Below, piece by piece: positions 18,120 through 26,927 of a DNA stretch of 64,000 nucleotides. Position 1 is the first letter of the stretch. Each line of letters begins with the position of its first letter. The notes under the pieces are model-generated. The model saw nothing but the letters and a program-made list of their open reading frames with translations. It was not told where the DNA came from and made no database searches. The translations under genes were made by a program, and so were the position numbers. The stretch comes from Candidatus Fibrimonadaceae bacterium (GTDB lineage: Bacteria; Fibrobacterota; Fibrobacteria; Fibrobacterales; Fibrobacteraceae). The stretch lies in contig JAITFO010000092.1 in assembly GCA_031281265.1 (NCBI GenBank), forward strand, positions 17,132 to 81,131, read 5' to 3'.

Positions 18120-21100
18120 TTACCTTCCCCCTGGGGATGAGTCTGAATCATAAGAAGAAGCCGATGACCTTGACCTTTGTATACCCTTTAGCCTCTCCAA
18201 TTCTTTTTTGAGTTCGGCATTTTTGGCCTTTCCTTCGGTAACAATGTCTTTATAGACTTTGAACTGCTCCTGTATATCCAACTCTTCGGACTTTTCAATT
18301 TGAGTCAAACGAGCCTTTGTTTTGTTGTAATGGTCGTCCCTGAACAAGGTGTTTGGGTCAAATTCCTTTATCTGAACGCTCAATATCTCGTTTTCCCCGT
18401 CAATTTTCTTAACAAGGGCAAATAAGCTGTCTGCCCAGCGGTTTTTAATGCCATAGTGGGCGGCTGCTTTTATTCCAGCAGCGCAACGAGGCAACGCTCC
18501 TTGTTTAGCGGTTTGGCTCTTGTTCATCAATTCTTCGCGATAGGCTTCCAAATCTTCGTGAACAGCGTCCGCTGCATCTTCTTTGGCATAGCCTTCTGCA
18601 CGGAATTCCTTAAACATAGCAGCGCTATCTGGTAGCGGGGCTTCGGCAAAGGCATTGCCAACATCGTAGAAGTTCTGGCAATCACGGAAGAACATTTCAA
18701 TAAAGCCATCTTGGGCAGCCACCACGTCAGGGTTGTAATAACCTTGTTCGCGAGCCAAGTCAATGTTAACACCGAACAAAGGCCTTGCTTGCTCATAATA
18801 AGAGGGCAACTGCTGAACCACCTGAATCCTCTCAACAAAGAGTCTTTCTTTGTCCACGTTGCCTTTTTTATCCCTTACATCAATCTCTTGTTCGCGGACC
18901 TTTGTAGCAACCGTGACGAATAGTTCGGCTATGCGGTTCTTCGCTCGGAAAGTCCATTTTTCAGAAGCGTATTCAGCGGACTTAGCATAATGCTTTGTTG
19001 AGCTTTGCAAAATTGCCATCAGCTTTTTAATCATATCAAGTTTGGCTTTTTCATTACCCTTTATTACAAGCGGGTTCATAGTTGCCTTTTCAAATTCTCC
19101 GAGCATAAAGGAGGCTTCCGCAGCAAAGGCAGGGTCTGAATTGGTCAGCTGAATACCGTATTTGTCGTAGGTGGCAATGGTGTTCTTAAAGTTGAGAATT
19201 GCTTTCGCAGTATCTTTAAGCTCCATATAAGCCCTTGCGGTTCTGATATAGGCATTGATCAGCTTTTCCTTGTCTGAGGTGTAATTCTTCACGAAGTTCT
19301 CGTATTCTTTAACCGCATTTGGCCAGTCTTTGGCATTTTCGTAAGCCATAGGAATACTGTATGCAGCATCCAAAGCATAAGCACTTTTTGGATATTCCCT
19401 TATCAAATCACGGTTGCAACGAATAGCCTCTTTTACGTCTTTTATAGCATCGTAAGCTAGGCAGGCATTGTATAGCAAACCAGGGGTTCTTTCGTGTTTG
19501 GGGTATCTCTTAAACGCAATTTCGTAGGTTTGGGCAGCAAGCCTTCTGTTTGTGAGCGAATCTTTGCCCGGGATTGAATCGTAAGTTTGGGCTGCCGCAA
19601 AAATTGCATTTATAACTGCGGAATCCTGCGGGAAGTTATCCACTATGTACAGATAGGTTTTTGCAGACTCCAATCTCTTATCATCTTTTCTATACGCTCT
19701 AGCAGCACGAACTACCGCTTGAACAGCCTGAGGAGACTTGGCATACTCTCTAGGTATGCGCATCCAAGTTTCTGCCGCCTTGGTATTTTGGTTTGCGCTC
19801 TCGTAAGCCACGGCAGCATCAAACAATGCTTTGTCGGCAAAATCAAGTCTGGGGAATCTCTTTACCAAAGCTATGTACGCTTCTGCGCCAGCTTGGAATT
19901 GCCCAGCTTTAACCGCTTTCTCCGCTTTTTGGTAAAGCACAGCGGCAATTGCAGTTTCAATTTCCTTGGCAGTGGTTACAGCGTTGCTATCCCTGACTCC
20001 CAAACCTTTCTTGTCTGTGTATTGAACAAATAGCCACTCCAACTCTTTTTGAGCATCGTCAAGCTGGCCGTCCATCAACAAAGCCTGTGCCAACCTGCGG
20101 CGTATTAAAAGGGTGTGTTTGTGGTTTGGGAAATCCACGAGCAATTTGCGCAACACATCAATTGATGTTCTATATTGTTTGGCTTCGTAATGAACCAATG
20201 CCGCATCGTAAGCTATTTCAGGTGCTGCGGTATCTCTGCTGAACTTTGACATATACCTATCAACTTGAGCAAAATATGCTTTTGTCTCCGGCAAGTTATA
20301 GGCTTTAAGGGTATCGCCGTTGGCCTTATTCTTCATCGCATTTTCACGAGCTGTATTCATAGCGACCACGGCGTTATAAGCAGCATCGTTCTTGGTTATG
20401 AGATTTGGGAAGCCTTGCGGACGGCGCCCATAGCGAACGGTATCCGTGTCCACTATCCAGTTGAACATCTTAGCTTGATTTTCGTATTGCTTCAACTCGC
20501 CGTAAAGGCTAGACAAATACATGTGAATTCTATACTCGTTCCAGTCCGGCTCGCTTTTATACTTGTCTACGTAATTGTTGTAATGCTTAACAGCATTTGC
20601 GTATTCCTTCTTTGCGCCCTCGGTATCACCCATTTTGTAAAGCGAATCGGCACCTACGTGTATAAAGAGCGGTATCTCGAACATAGCATTACGAATTGCG
20701 TTGTCAGCATTTTTCATGCTCTCTTTGTTGTTGCTATTTTTTCTATACCAAGGGGAATTGCGGTCATAGCGCTTAACAAGGTCAAAGCGCTGTTTCTGAG
20801 CTAGGTCAAATTTCTGCTGTGTCCTGTAAATACCCACTATTGCCGTATCTGCAAGAGGAGCATCTATATATGTCGGGTTGATATCGAGCAAAAATCTAAA
20901 TGCCTGCAAAGCTTGTTCCAACCTATCGTGGTCTTTAGCTTTTATACCTATGCGGAAGTAAAGAGAATCCTGATAAGGAACTTTTTTTGACTTTATGAAT
21001 TTATCGGCTACTTTAATACCATCGTCCAAATCGGAGAACGAAGTTGCCATAAAGTCCATAGCTTCAACACGCAAATCTTTTATGTACTTGCCCTTGTCTG

Positions 21101-21992
21101 CGCCGTCTATATATTCCCAGAATTTTTGCGCGGCAATTTCAAACTCCGCCTGATTGTAGTAGGCTTCCGCAAGATGGAACATGGCGTATCCAGCTTCTTT
21201 TTTGTTTATAACGGCACCGCCTTTGTCAGTGATTTTTTCGTAGGCTTTTATGGCGTTTGACCATTTGGATTTGTTAAACCAATACTCACCTATACGGAGC
21301 CATGCACCCGGCGTTAAAGTGTGATTGGGATATTTTTGAACCATCCTTTCGCGGAGTTTTAAAGCCTCTTCTTCCTTGCCTCTCACTTCCAAAATGAAAG
21401 ATGACTGGAAAAGCATATTGGCTGCGCTTGGGCCATCCGGGAAAATATCAACATAATCGAGGAAAATTGGCAAAGAGCCTTCGTGAAGGTTCTTTGGCGC
21501 TTCATTTATTCTTGCACACTTTGGGCCTTTATTGTCGCGGTCGGCGCACCACTGCACAAGTTCTTCGTAAGCAGTCTGTTCCTTGGCAAAATTAAGCTCT
21601 TCCAATTTGAAAAGCTGCTGACCCCATTGCTGCAAAACAGTGGAGCAGTTGCTGTTTCTGCTCTTCACGTTTTTTTCGCGGCACTTCATGGTTTTGGAAG
21701 TCTGTTCCCATTCCTGAATGGCCTTCTCGAGCTGTTCTGCGCTAGAAACATCGCCAACGGCGGCTTGGCGATTAGCTTGGGTTTGAGCCGCTGCGCAAAC
21801 TTCTTTGGCTTTGGCTTGCTGTGCTCTAGCATCTTCTTTGCAAGAGTCGGTATTCTTTCCAGAATTTGAGAGTTTTTTACACTTCTCAACGATTTTCTTC
21901 AATTTATCTTTTTCTGAATCGCAATTGCCGGCTGCGTAAGTGACACCCGTAAGCATCACCATACACGCTAAGAAAAGAGCTCTCAAATTCAT
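18120..21992 (-). CDS. Very large secreted tetratricopeptide-repeat protein (1290 aa)
   Basis: Signal peptide, many TPR-like units of the form 'A..Y..I...YP.S..A..A', and a C-terminal coiled coil with a Ser-rich tail. Confidence 0.8.
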   Translation of the reverse strand: MNLRALFLACMVMLTGVTYAAGNCDSEKDKLKKIVEKCKKLSNSGKNTDSCKEDARAQQAKAKEVCAAAQTQANRQAAVGDVSSAEQLEKAIQEWEQTSKTMKCREKNVKSRNSNCSTVLQQWGQQLFKLEELNFAKEQTAYEELVQWCADRDNKGPKCARINEAPKNLHEGSLPIFLDYVDIFPDGPSAANMLFQSSFILEVRGKEEEALKLRERMVQKYPNHTLTPGAWLRIGEYWFNKSKWSNAIKAYEKITDKGGAVINKKEAGYAMFHLAEAYYNQAEFEIAAQKFWEYIDGADKGKYIKDLRVEAMDFMATSFSDLDDGIKVADKFIKSKKVPYQDSLYFRIGIKAKDHDRLEQALQAFRFLLDINPTYIDAPLADTAIVGIYRTQQKFDLAQKQRFDLVKRYDRNSPWYRKNSNNKESMKNADNAIRNAMFEIPLFIHVGADSLYKMGDTEGAKKEYANAVKHYNNYVDKYKSEPDWNEYRIHMYLSSLYGELKQYENQAKMFNWIVDTDTVRYGRRPQGFPNLITKNDAAYNAVVAMNTARENAMKNKANGDTLKAYNLPETKAYFAQVDRYMSKFSRDTAAPEIAYDAALVHYEAKQYRTSIDVLRKLLVDFPNHKHTLLIRRRLAQALLMDGQLDDAQKELEWLFVQYTDKKGLGVRDSNAVTTAKEIETAIAAVLYQKAEKAVKAGQFQAGAEAYIALVKRFPRLDFADKALFDAAVAYESANQNTKAAETWMRIPREYAKSPQAVQAVVRAARAYRKDDKRLESAKTYLYIVDNFPQDSAVINAIFAAAQTYDSIPGKDSLTNRRLAAQTYEIAFKRYPKHERTPGLLYNACLAYDAIKDVKEAIRCNRDLIREYPKSAYALDAAYSIPMAYENAKDWPNAVKEYENFVKNYTSDKEKLINAYIRTARAYMELKDTAKAILNFKNTIATYDKYGIQLTNSDPAFAAEASFMLGEFEKATMNPLVIKGNEKAKLDMIKKLMAILQSSTKHYAKSAEYASEKWTFRAKNRIAELFVTVATKVREQEIDVRDKKGNVDKERLFVERIQVVQQLPSYYEQARPLFGVNIDLAREQGYYNPDVVAAQDGFIEMFFRDCQNFYDVGNAFAEAPLPDSAAMFKEFRAEGYAKEDAADAVHEDLEAYREELMNKSQTAKQGALPRCAAGIKAAAHYGIKNRWADSLFALVKKIDGENEILSVQIKEFDPNTLFRDDHYNKTKARLTQIEKSEELDIQEQFKVYKDIVTEGKAKNAELKKELERLKGIQRSRSSASSYDSDSSPGGR

Positions 21993-22014
21993 AACACTGT
22001 CCTTTGTTCAAATT

Positions 22015-24324
22015 TTACAAATCATCCAAATCCAAATCATCAACCTCAAACGAGCCGTCATCCCTTTCTTTACCCTTTGGTTGCGGCATTTCGGCAAGTT
22101 TCGTAGAGACTATAGCTTTTGTAAGTCTGGCATCACCCAAAACCCTTTGCCTGCTTGCATCAAAGCGGTCGCTCTGAATAACACGCTGTTGAAAATCTGC
22201 AAAGGTTTCAATTTCGCGATTAGCCCTTTCAAAATCGGGATTTAGAGCTGCGCGTTTTTGCTCAACTCTTGGAGTGGGAAGCTGCCTTGCCAAATCCAAA
22301 GCTCTTATTTGAACGCTGTCAAAGCCCTCTTTCATATTGCCAAAAGCGGTATTCGCACTATCTTTTTGTTCTTTTGAGATAGTAGGATTTTCCGTGAGTT
22401 TTATAGCCATAGCCAAGTATTTGTCTGCTGCTCGGAAATTTTTGTCCAAATAATCGCAGTAGCCTAGAACCAAATAGGCTTCTGAAATCAAATAGGAATT
22501 AGGACGGTTCTTTATTATCCATTGGGTAAAGGGCTTTGCCTCCTTAGTTTTATGGAACTTCAAGAAGCTCCATGCAAGCGCAAGGGCTGCTTCTTCGTAG
22601 AATGGAGAATTAACATTCGTAACCTGACCGTAGTATTTAGCGGCTTGAGGCACTCCATCCTGTTCAGAGAAGAAAATGTGACCCAATTTAATTTTTGCGG
22701 CATCTTGCAAATCTTTTTCTGACTGGTTGGCTGCCTGGTAAGATAAAATATCGTTGAAAGAGCCTTTAGCCTCGTCCCATTTTTCCTGACGGCTATATGC
22801 TATGCCCATTGTATAGCGAGCGTAGAAATAGTTTGCATTACCGGGCAAAATTGAAGAAAGCATATCAATAGATTCTCTGTATTGACCCTGCTCAAATTTT
22901 ATTTGGCCAGCGACGTAGTCGGCATCAGATTTAACGTCTGATTTGGGGAAATTCTGGATTATGAACTGATGCTTTGCCATCGCATCGCTAAAACGACCTT
23001 CTTTATAGTCGATGTTCATCAACTGAAAGTGATATTTTGGAACTTGGTCAGAATTAGGATACTTATTTATAGCATCTCTATAAATTTCTTGAGCTGCCAA
23101 GTGCATACGCATATTTTCAAAGGATTTTCCTTTGTAGAATGCTGCTTGGTCAACCAAGTGGAATGTGGGATATTTGGTCTGCACTTTGCCAAACGCATAA
23201 GATGCCCCAATAAAATCGCGGTTCAGGTAAAGACGCATAGCGTAGCGGTAATCGTTTTCCGGCTCTATCTTCAAGCGGCGGTAACGGGCTTCACCAATGC
23301 TCTCTTCACGAGTGTCGCCAAAGCGAGCGGCGGCGCGAACATTCCACAAAAAGCCACGATTCTTTTTCTCTATTATATCATCGTGAGACATTTCAACATC
23401 TAAACTCAGGTAGCGGAAAAGGCTTACGTCTTTAACATTCACCGTTCCACCTATCACAGGATAACCTTCCTTTGTCCAGCGCAGTTTAGCACCTACATGA
23501 GGGGTTATAAAATAAGTTCCCGAAAAACTGGTGGCAAGCATCTTGCCTTCATTAGCTGGGTTTCCAGCAGGATCAGAGTTTTCCGTTGGCTCAGGGAAAA
23601 TATCCACAATGCTGGCTTCGGCTTTTATTTCCAAAGCGCGGTTCATGCCACGGTAGAACAGAGATACATTCAAATTAGAAGGTATTGCATAACCCGTTTT
23701 TGGATCCACGCTGGCAAAAAACGAAGGTGCCACAAAACCATAGCTGGGAGTTTCGGTGTTATCGGGGTCTGTGCTGGCGATAACCGGTTGCATCAAATTT
23801 TGAATAGCAACTCCTACTTGCAAGCTACCTAGCCTTGAATTGTTTATGGGGTTCCAGCTAATACCAAAATCACCACCTACGGTAAATTGCTTATTGTAGC
23901 CGAATTGGTCCACCTGCAAAATTGACAGGTTCACACCTATAGCAAGCCAATGAAACAGACGGTAAGCATAGCCAAATATATAGGCGTTTTCCATATAATC
24001 GCCATGGTCTAGAGGATCATTGGCAATTACCGTGGCTCCGTTTTCAAAGAAAGAGAAACCAAACGTATGGTCATAACTATAAGGAAAAACAACGGCACCA
24101 TATTCTTGCATGGCAGCTCCGCTTATGGTAGCAAAAAAGCCACCCGCAACTTCTAGCTGGTCGGCTTCCGCTATGCCAGCGGGGTTTATATACATGGAGG
24201 TTGTTCCGCCAAATTCGCCAAACCAATCATTTTGCTGATATTTGTTGGGAGAATAAAACGGTGATGCGAGCGAATAACTCGCAAAACAAAACACTAACGC
24301 AGCAGAGAGCAGTATGTATTTCAC
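22015..24324 (-). CDS. Outer-membrane beta-barrel-like N-domain fused to TPR repeats (769 aa)
   Basis: Signal peptide. The N-terminal ~320 aa has alternating beta-strand character ('MYINPAGIAEAD', 'FGYAYRLFHWLAIGVNLS'). The C-terminal half has YbgF-like TPRs ('KYPTFHLVDQAAFYKGKS', 'NFPKSDVKSDADYVAGQ'). Confidence 0.7.
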   Translation of the reverse strand: MKYILLSAALVFCFASYSLASPFYSPNKYQQNDWFGEFGGTTSMYINPAGIAEADQLEVAGGFFATISGAAMQEYGAVVFPYSYDHTFGFSFFENGATVIANDPLDHGDYMENAYIFGYAYRLFHWLAIGVNLSILQVDQFGYNKQFTVGGDFGISWNPINNSRLGSLQVGVAIQNLMQPVIASTDPDNTETPSYGFVAPSFFASVDPKTGYAIPSNLNVSLFYRGMNRALEIKAEASIVDIFPEPTENSDPAGNPANEGKMLATSFSGTYFITPHVGAKLRWTKEGYPVIGGTVNVKDVSLFRYLSLDVEMSHDDIIEKKNRGFLWNVRAAARFGDTREESIGEARYRRLKIEPENDYRYAMRLYLNRDFIGASYAFGKVQTKYPTFHLVDQAAFYKGKSFENMRMHLAAQEIYRDAINKYPNSDQVPKYHFQLMNIDYKEGRFSDAMAKHQFIIQNFPKSDVKSDADYVAGQIKFEQGQYRESIDMLSSILPGNANYFYARYTMGIAYSRQEKWDEAKGSFNDILSYQAANQSEKDLQDAAKIKLGHIFFSEQDGVPQAAKYYGQVTNVNSPFYEEAALALAWSFLKFHKTKEAKPFTQWIIKNRPNSYLISEAYLVLGYCDYLDKNFRAADKYLAMAIKLTENPTISKEQKDSANTAFGNMKEGFDSVQIRALDLARQLPTPRVEQKRAALNPDFERANREIETFADFQQRVIQSDRFDASRQRVLGDARLTKAIVSTKLAEMPQPKGKERDDGSFEVDDLDLDDL

Positions 24325-24337
24325 TTGTCAATTCTCC

Positions 24338-25999
24338 TTAATTATCCGTGCGTTGGAATTCTATGCGACGGTTTTTAGCCTTACCCGCAGCGGTATTATT
24401 GGATGCAATTGGCTGATCCTGACCTCTACCTTCATAGCTAAGGCGAGAGCTGTCCACGCCTCGGCTTATCAAGAAGTCCATAACAGCCTTTGCCCTTGCC
24501 TCTGAGAGCTTTTGATTTGCGTCTGGTCTACCAGCATTGTCTGTGTGCCCAACTATTTTAAATGTCACTTCCTGATAGGTCTTCATCATTTCTACAACAG
24601 TCATAAGATTGGCAAACGAATCATCTGTGATATCCGCTTTGCCGCTCAAGAAGTTAACACCCTCTACCACGAACACCTTCTTTGGCGGTGGCGGTGGTGG
24701 CGGTGGTTCCGGCTCAGGCTCTGGCTCCGGTTCCGGTTCCGGCCCTATTTCAGGAACAAATTCTTCGATTGTAGGATCTACCGGTTTATACACGGGCCTC
24801 TCTATAACAGCCTCTTCTTGCACACGATAAACTAAAGAAACGTCTTCTATAAGGCCTATATCCAAACGCTCGTGACCTCTTTTGATCAACGGCGATTTGG
24901 GAACTAAAAAGAAATTTGGGCTAAAAGGAGACGGATTACGGAACATCGGTTCTAGAGAGACGTTTGTTCTGTTCACTTTGATAAAACGGTTGAACGGGTA
25001 ATAATTCTTGTATATGTTGTTATATTCCATGCGGGTTTGGCCAGAAGCAGGATCTGCGAAAACTCCGTAATAGTGATTTTCCATGAATATATTGTTGAGT
25101 GCCACCACATTGGACGGCCCTTTTAGCGCAAGCCCTGAGAATCCATTGCGAAGCACAACATTCTGCTCAATTTTAGAATCCAAGGACTTTGCACCCCAAG
25201 CTAGAATACCGCTCCAGCGATTGCCGTAAACCACGTTATTCGCTATTTCTGGCAAAGTGATGAACGCAGCTATACCAGTTGCGTGGTTATCTATGACATA
25301 GTTATCGTGGATAAAAAGCATTGTATTCTCGCAGAGAATACCTTCCATGCCATTGCGGATGGTGAAATGCGATATTTCGGAACCTGTTGTTCCCATAACG
25401 GTTGGGCCTCTGCGCCCTCCATCTATTATGGTGGTCAACGGGTCTTCACCTTTTAGCACCACGCCCATAATCAGGGTTATGTTTTCGTTATAAACGCCAC
25501 GCTTAACTAAAACCGTGTCGCCATAATCCGCGTTTCCAAGAGCATCTGATATGGTTTTATAATTACCCGGAACACGGATAATTTTAGGTTCGGCTCTGCC
25601 GTAGGCAATAAAATCGCCTTTGCTGCTGCGTTCCCTAACAGTTGACTTGCTACCACCAAAATCGTCATCATCGTCTCTGGACTTGGCAGAAGCGTCTATG
25701 CCTACATCTTTAAGGGTGGATTTAAGCTCACTCTGAGAGTCTGGAAGAGTTCTTAGGCAACCTACGCTTATGCCTACAGGTGCTTTCTCTTTATCTTTTA
25801 GCCTATTTTTTGGCTGGGATTTTGCCTTTGATATAGCCTTTGGCAAATCCCGCATAAAATCTTGCGCATCAAAATCGCTTTGCCTAGAAAGACTTGTCAG
25901 CTCTTCCTTGCAATCACTGGAAAGAGAGGCAGCATAAGCCATTGGCGAAGCAAGAACAAGCAGTGCAGCACCAATAGCAATAGAAAGATGTTTTATCAT
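24338..25999 (-). CDS. Right-handed parallel beta-helix domain + PE/Pro linker + OmpA-like peptidoglycan-binding domain
   Basis: PbH1-like repeats ('ISHFTIRNGMEGIL', 'NYVIDNHATGIAA', 'NVVLRNGFSGLAL'), linker 'PEPEPEPEPEPEPPPPPPPP', and an OmpA_C signature 'GHTDNAGRPDANQKLSEARAKAV...NRRIEF'. Confidence 0.85.
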   Translation of the reverse strand: MIKHLSIAIGAALLVLASPMAYAASLSSDCKEELTSLSRQSDFDAQDFMRDLPKAISKAKSQPKNRLKDKEKAPVGISVGCLRTLPDSQSELKSTLKDVGIDASAKSRDDDDDFGGSKSTVRERSSKGDFIAYGRAEPKIIRVPGNYKTISDALGNADYGDTVLVKRGVYNENITLIMGVVLKGEDPLTTIIDGGRRGPTVMGTTGSEISHFTIRNGMEGILCENTMLFIHDNYVIDNHATGIAAFITLPEIANNVVYGNRWSGILAWGAKSLDSKIEQNVVLRNGFSGLALKGPSNVVALNNIFMENHYYGVFADPASGQTRMEYNNIYKNYYPFNRFIKVNRTNVSLEPMFRNPSPFSPNFFLVPKSPLIKRGHERLDIGLIEDVSLVYRVQEEAVIERPVYKPVDPTIEEFVPEIGPEPEPEPEPEPEPPPPPPPPKKVFVVEGVNFLSGKADITDDSFANLMTVVEMMKTYQEVTFKIVGHTDNAGRPDANQKLSEARAKAVMDFLISRGVDSSRLSYEGRGQDQPIASNNTAAGKAKNRRIEFQRTDN

Positions 26000-26017
26000 A
26001 TAAAGCCCTTGCCTCCG

Positions 26018-26197
26018 TTAGGTACTTTCCTCTTTTTTCGAGCTTCGAATTGAGGTTCTAAGCTCCTGAGCGATCTTTTTTATATTTTGCAGGTGTTTAC
26101 GAGCACGAGTCCCCGCTGTTTTGTTGCCGCCACTGAATTTGGCGTATTCCACTTTCAGCAGTTCCAGCTCTTTTTCGAGATTTTGCAAACAATCCAT
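26018..26197 (-). CDS. Histone H1-like / Hc1-family small basic DNA-binding protein (59 aa; not in the ORF track)
   Basis: My own translation is MDCLQNLEKELELLKVEYAKFSGGNKTAGTRARKHLQNIKKIAQELRTSIRSSKKEEST. The 'GNK.AGTRARK' core is the signature of Hc1-like proteins common in the FCB group. Confidence 0.75.
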   Translation of the reverse strand: MDCLQNLEKELELLKVEYAKFSGGNKTAGTRARKHLQNIKKIAQELRTSIRSSKKEEST

Positions 26198-26319
26198 AAA
26201 TTACTCCAACAAGTGTTATTAAAATAGATTTTTTTTTTTAAAAATCACACTTTTTTGTAAAAAACTTGTTTTTTTGCTTTTTTTTGCGTTTTTTGCGGGA
26301 ATTTTACTAAATTCTGCCT

Positions 26320-26529
26320 ATGGGTTCCTCCGCTAATGCGAAGTATAGCGAGGCTGTTAAACGGCTAGAGGAGATTTTGGAAAATATCGACCGGTCGAAT
26401 GTTGGGGTGGACGAATTGGCGGATTTGGTGAAAGAAGCCTCGGATTTGATAAAATTTTGCCGTTCCATACTGAAAAACACGGAGCAAAGCGTGCAGGAAT
26501 CGCTGAAAAACTTGGGTGAAGATGGCTAA
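26320..26529 (+). CDS. xseB: Exodeoxyribonuclease VII small subunit
   Basis: 69 aa. 'YSEAVKRLEEILENIDRSNVGVDELADLVKEASDLIKFCRSIL' fits the XseB helical hairpin. Confidence 0.85.
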   Translation: MGSSANAKYSEAVKRLEEILENIDRSNVGVDELADLVKEASDLIKFCRSILKNTEQSVQESLKNLGEDG

Positions 26530-26582
26530 TTTTATGGAATAATTGAGAATTATAATATATTTTTATAAAAAGAGAAGATTTT

Positions 26583-26614
26583 TGAATTTTTTTTGCCTCG
26601 ACAAGCGTCTAAGG
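26583..26614 (+). promoter_or_regulatory. Conserved 32-nt upstream element, copy B (TGAATTTTTTTTGCCTCGACAAGCGTCTAAGG)
   Basis: 29/32 identical to 6693..6724. It ends 28 nt before the ATG at 26643. Confidence 0.4.
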
Positions 26615-26642
26615 ATATATAGACTCAAAGCGAGGTAATTTT

Positions 26643-26927
26643 ATGGAGAAAATGGTGGAATTGCTGTTAAATGCAGAAAATGTGCGTATGCTGTTGCTGA
26701 TGGTGTTCGGCTATTGTGGATACGTAAAGCTTAGCACGTCTTTTGAGAGAAGGTTCAACTTCTTAGAAAAGAGAATAGATGGTGTGGAGGCGTCTATCTT
26801 GACGCTTAAAAACAACGACATCGCCCATTTGAACTACGCTATCAAAGCGTTGACTTTTACGCTTGAAAAGAATAAATTCCTTGAAAAAGAAGACAAGGAA
26901 TATGTAGATGGCGTGTTGGATGGCTAA
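26643..26927 (+). CDS. Hypothetical small single-pass membrane protein (94 aa)
   Basis: Shine-Dalgarno GAGG 8 nt upstream of the ATG, one hydrophobic helix 'MLLLMVFGYCGYV', and a coiled-coil-like tail. No recognisable family. Confidence 0.45.
   Translation: MEKMVELLLNAENVRMLLLMVFGYCGYVKLSTSFERRFNFLEKRIDGVEASILTLKNNDIAHLNYAIKALTFTLEKNKFLEKEDKEYVDGVLDG

Noticed and set aside
19587-20804. Two long plus-strand ORFs (148 and 179 aa) inside the 1290-aa TPR gene. Similar antisense ORFs lie at 22969..23403, 28342..28848, 37393..37827, 48175..48645 and 54791..55387.
   Set aside because: All lie antisense to much longer ORFs with recognisable domains, and they have no start context or motifs of their own.
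24609-24830. A plus-strand ORF encoding GGGGGGGSGSGSGSGSG.
   Set aside because: It is simply the antisense reading of the PEPEPE...PPPPPPPP linker of the beta-helix/OmpA gene.
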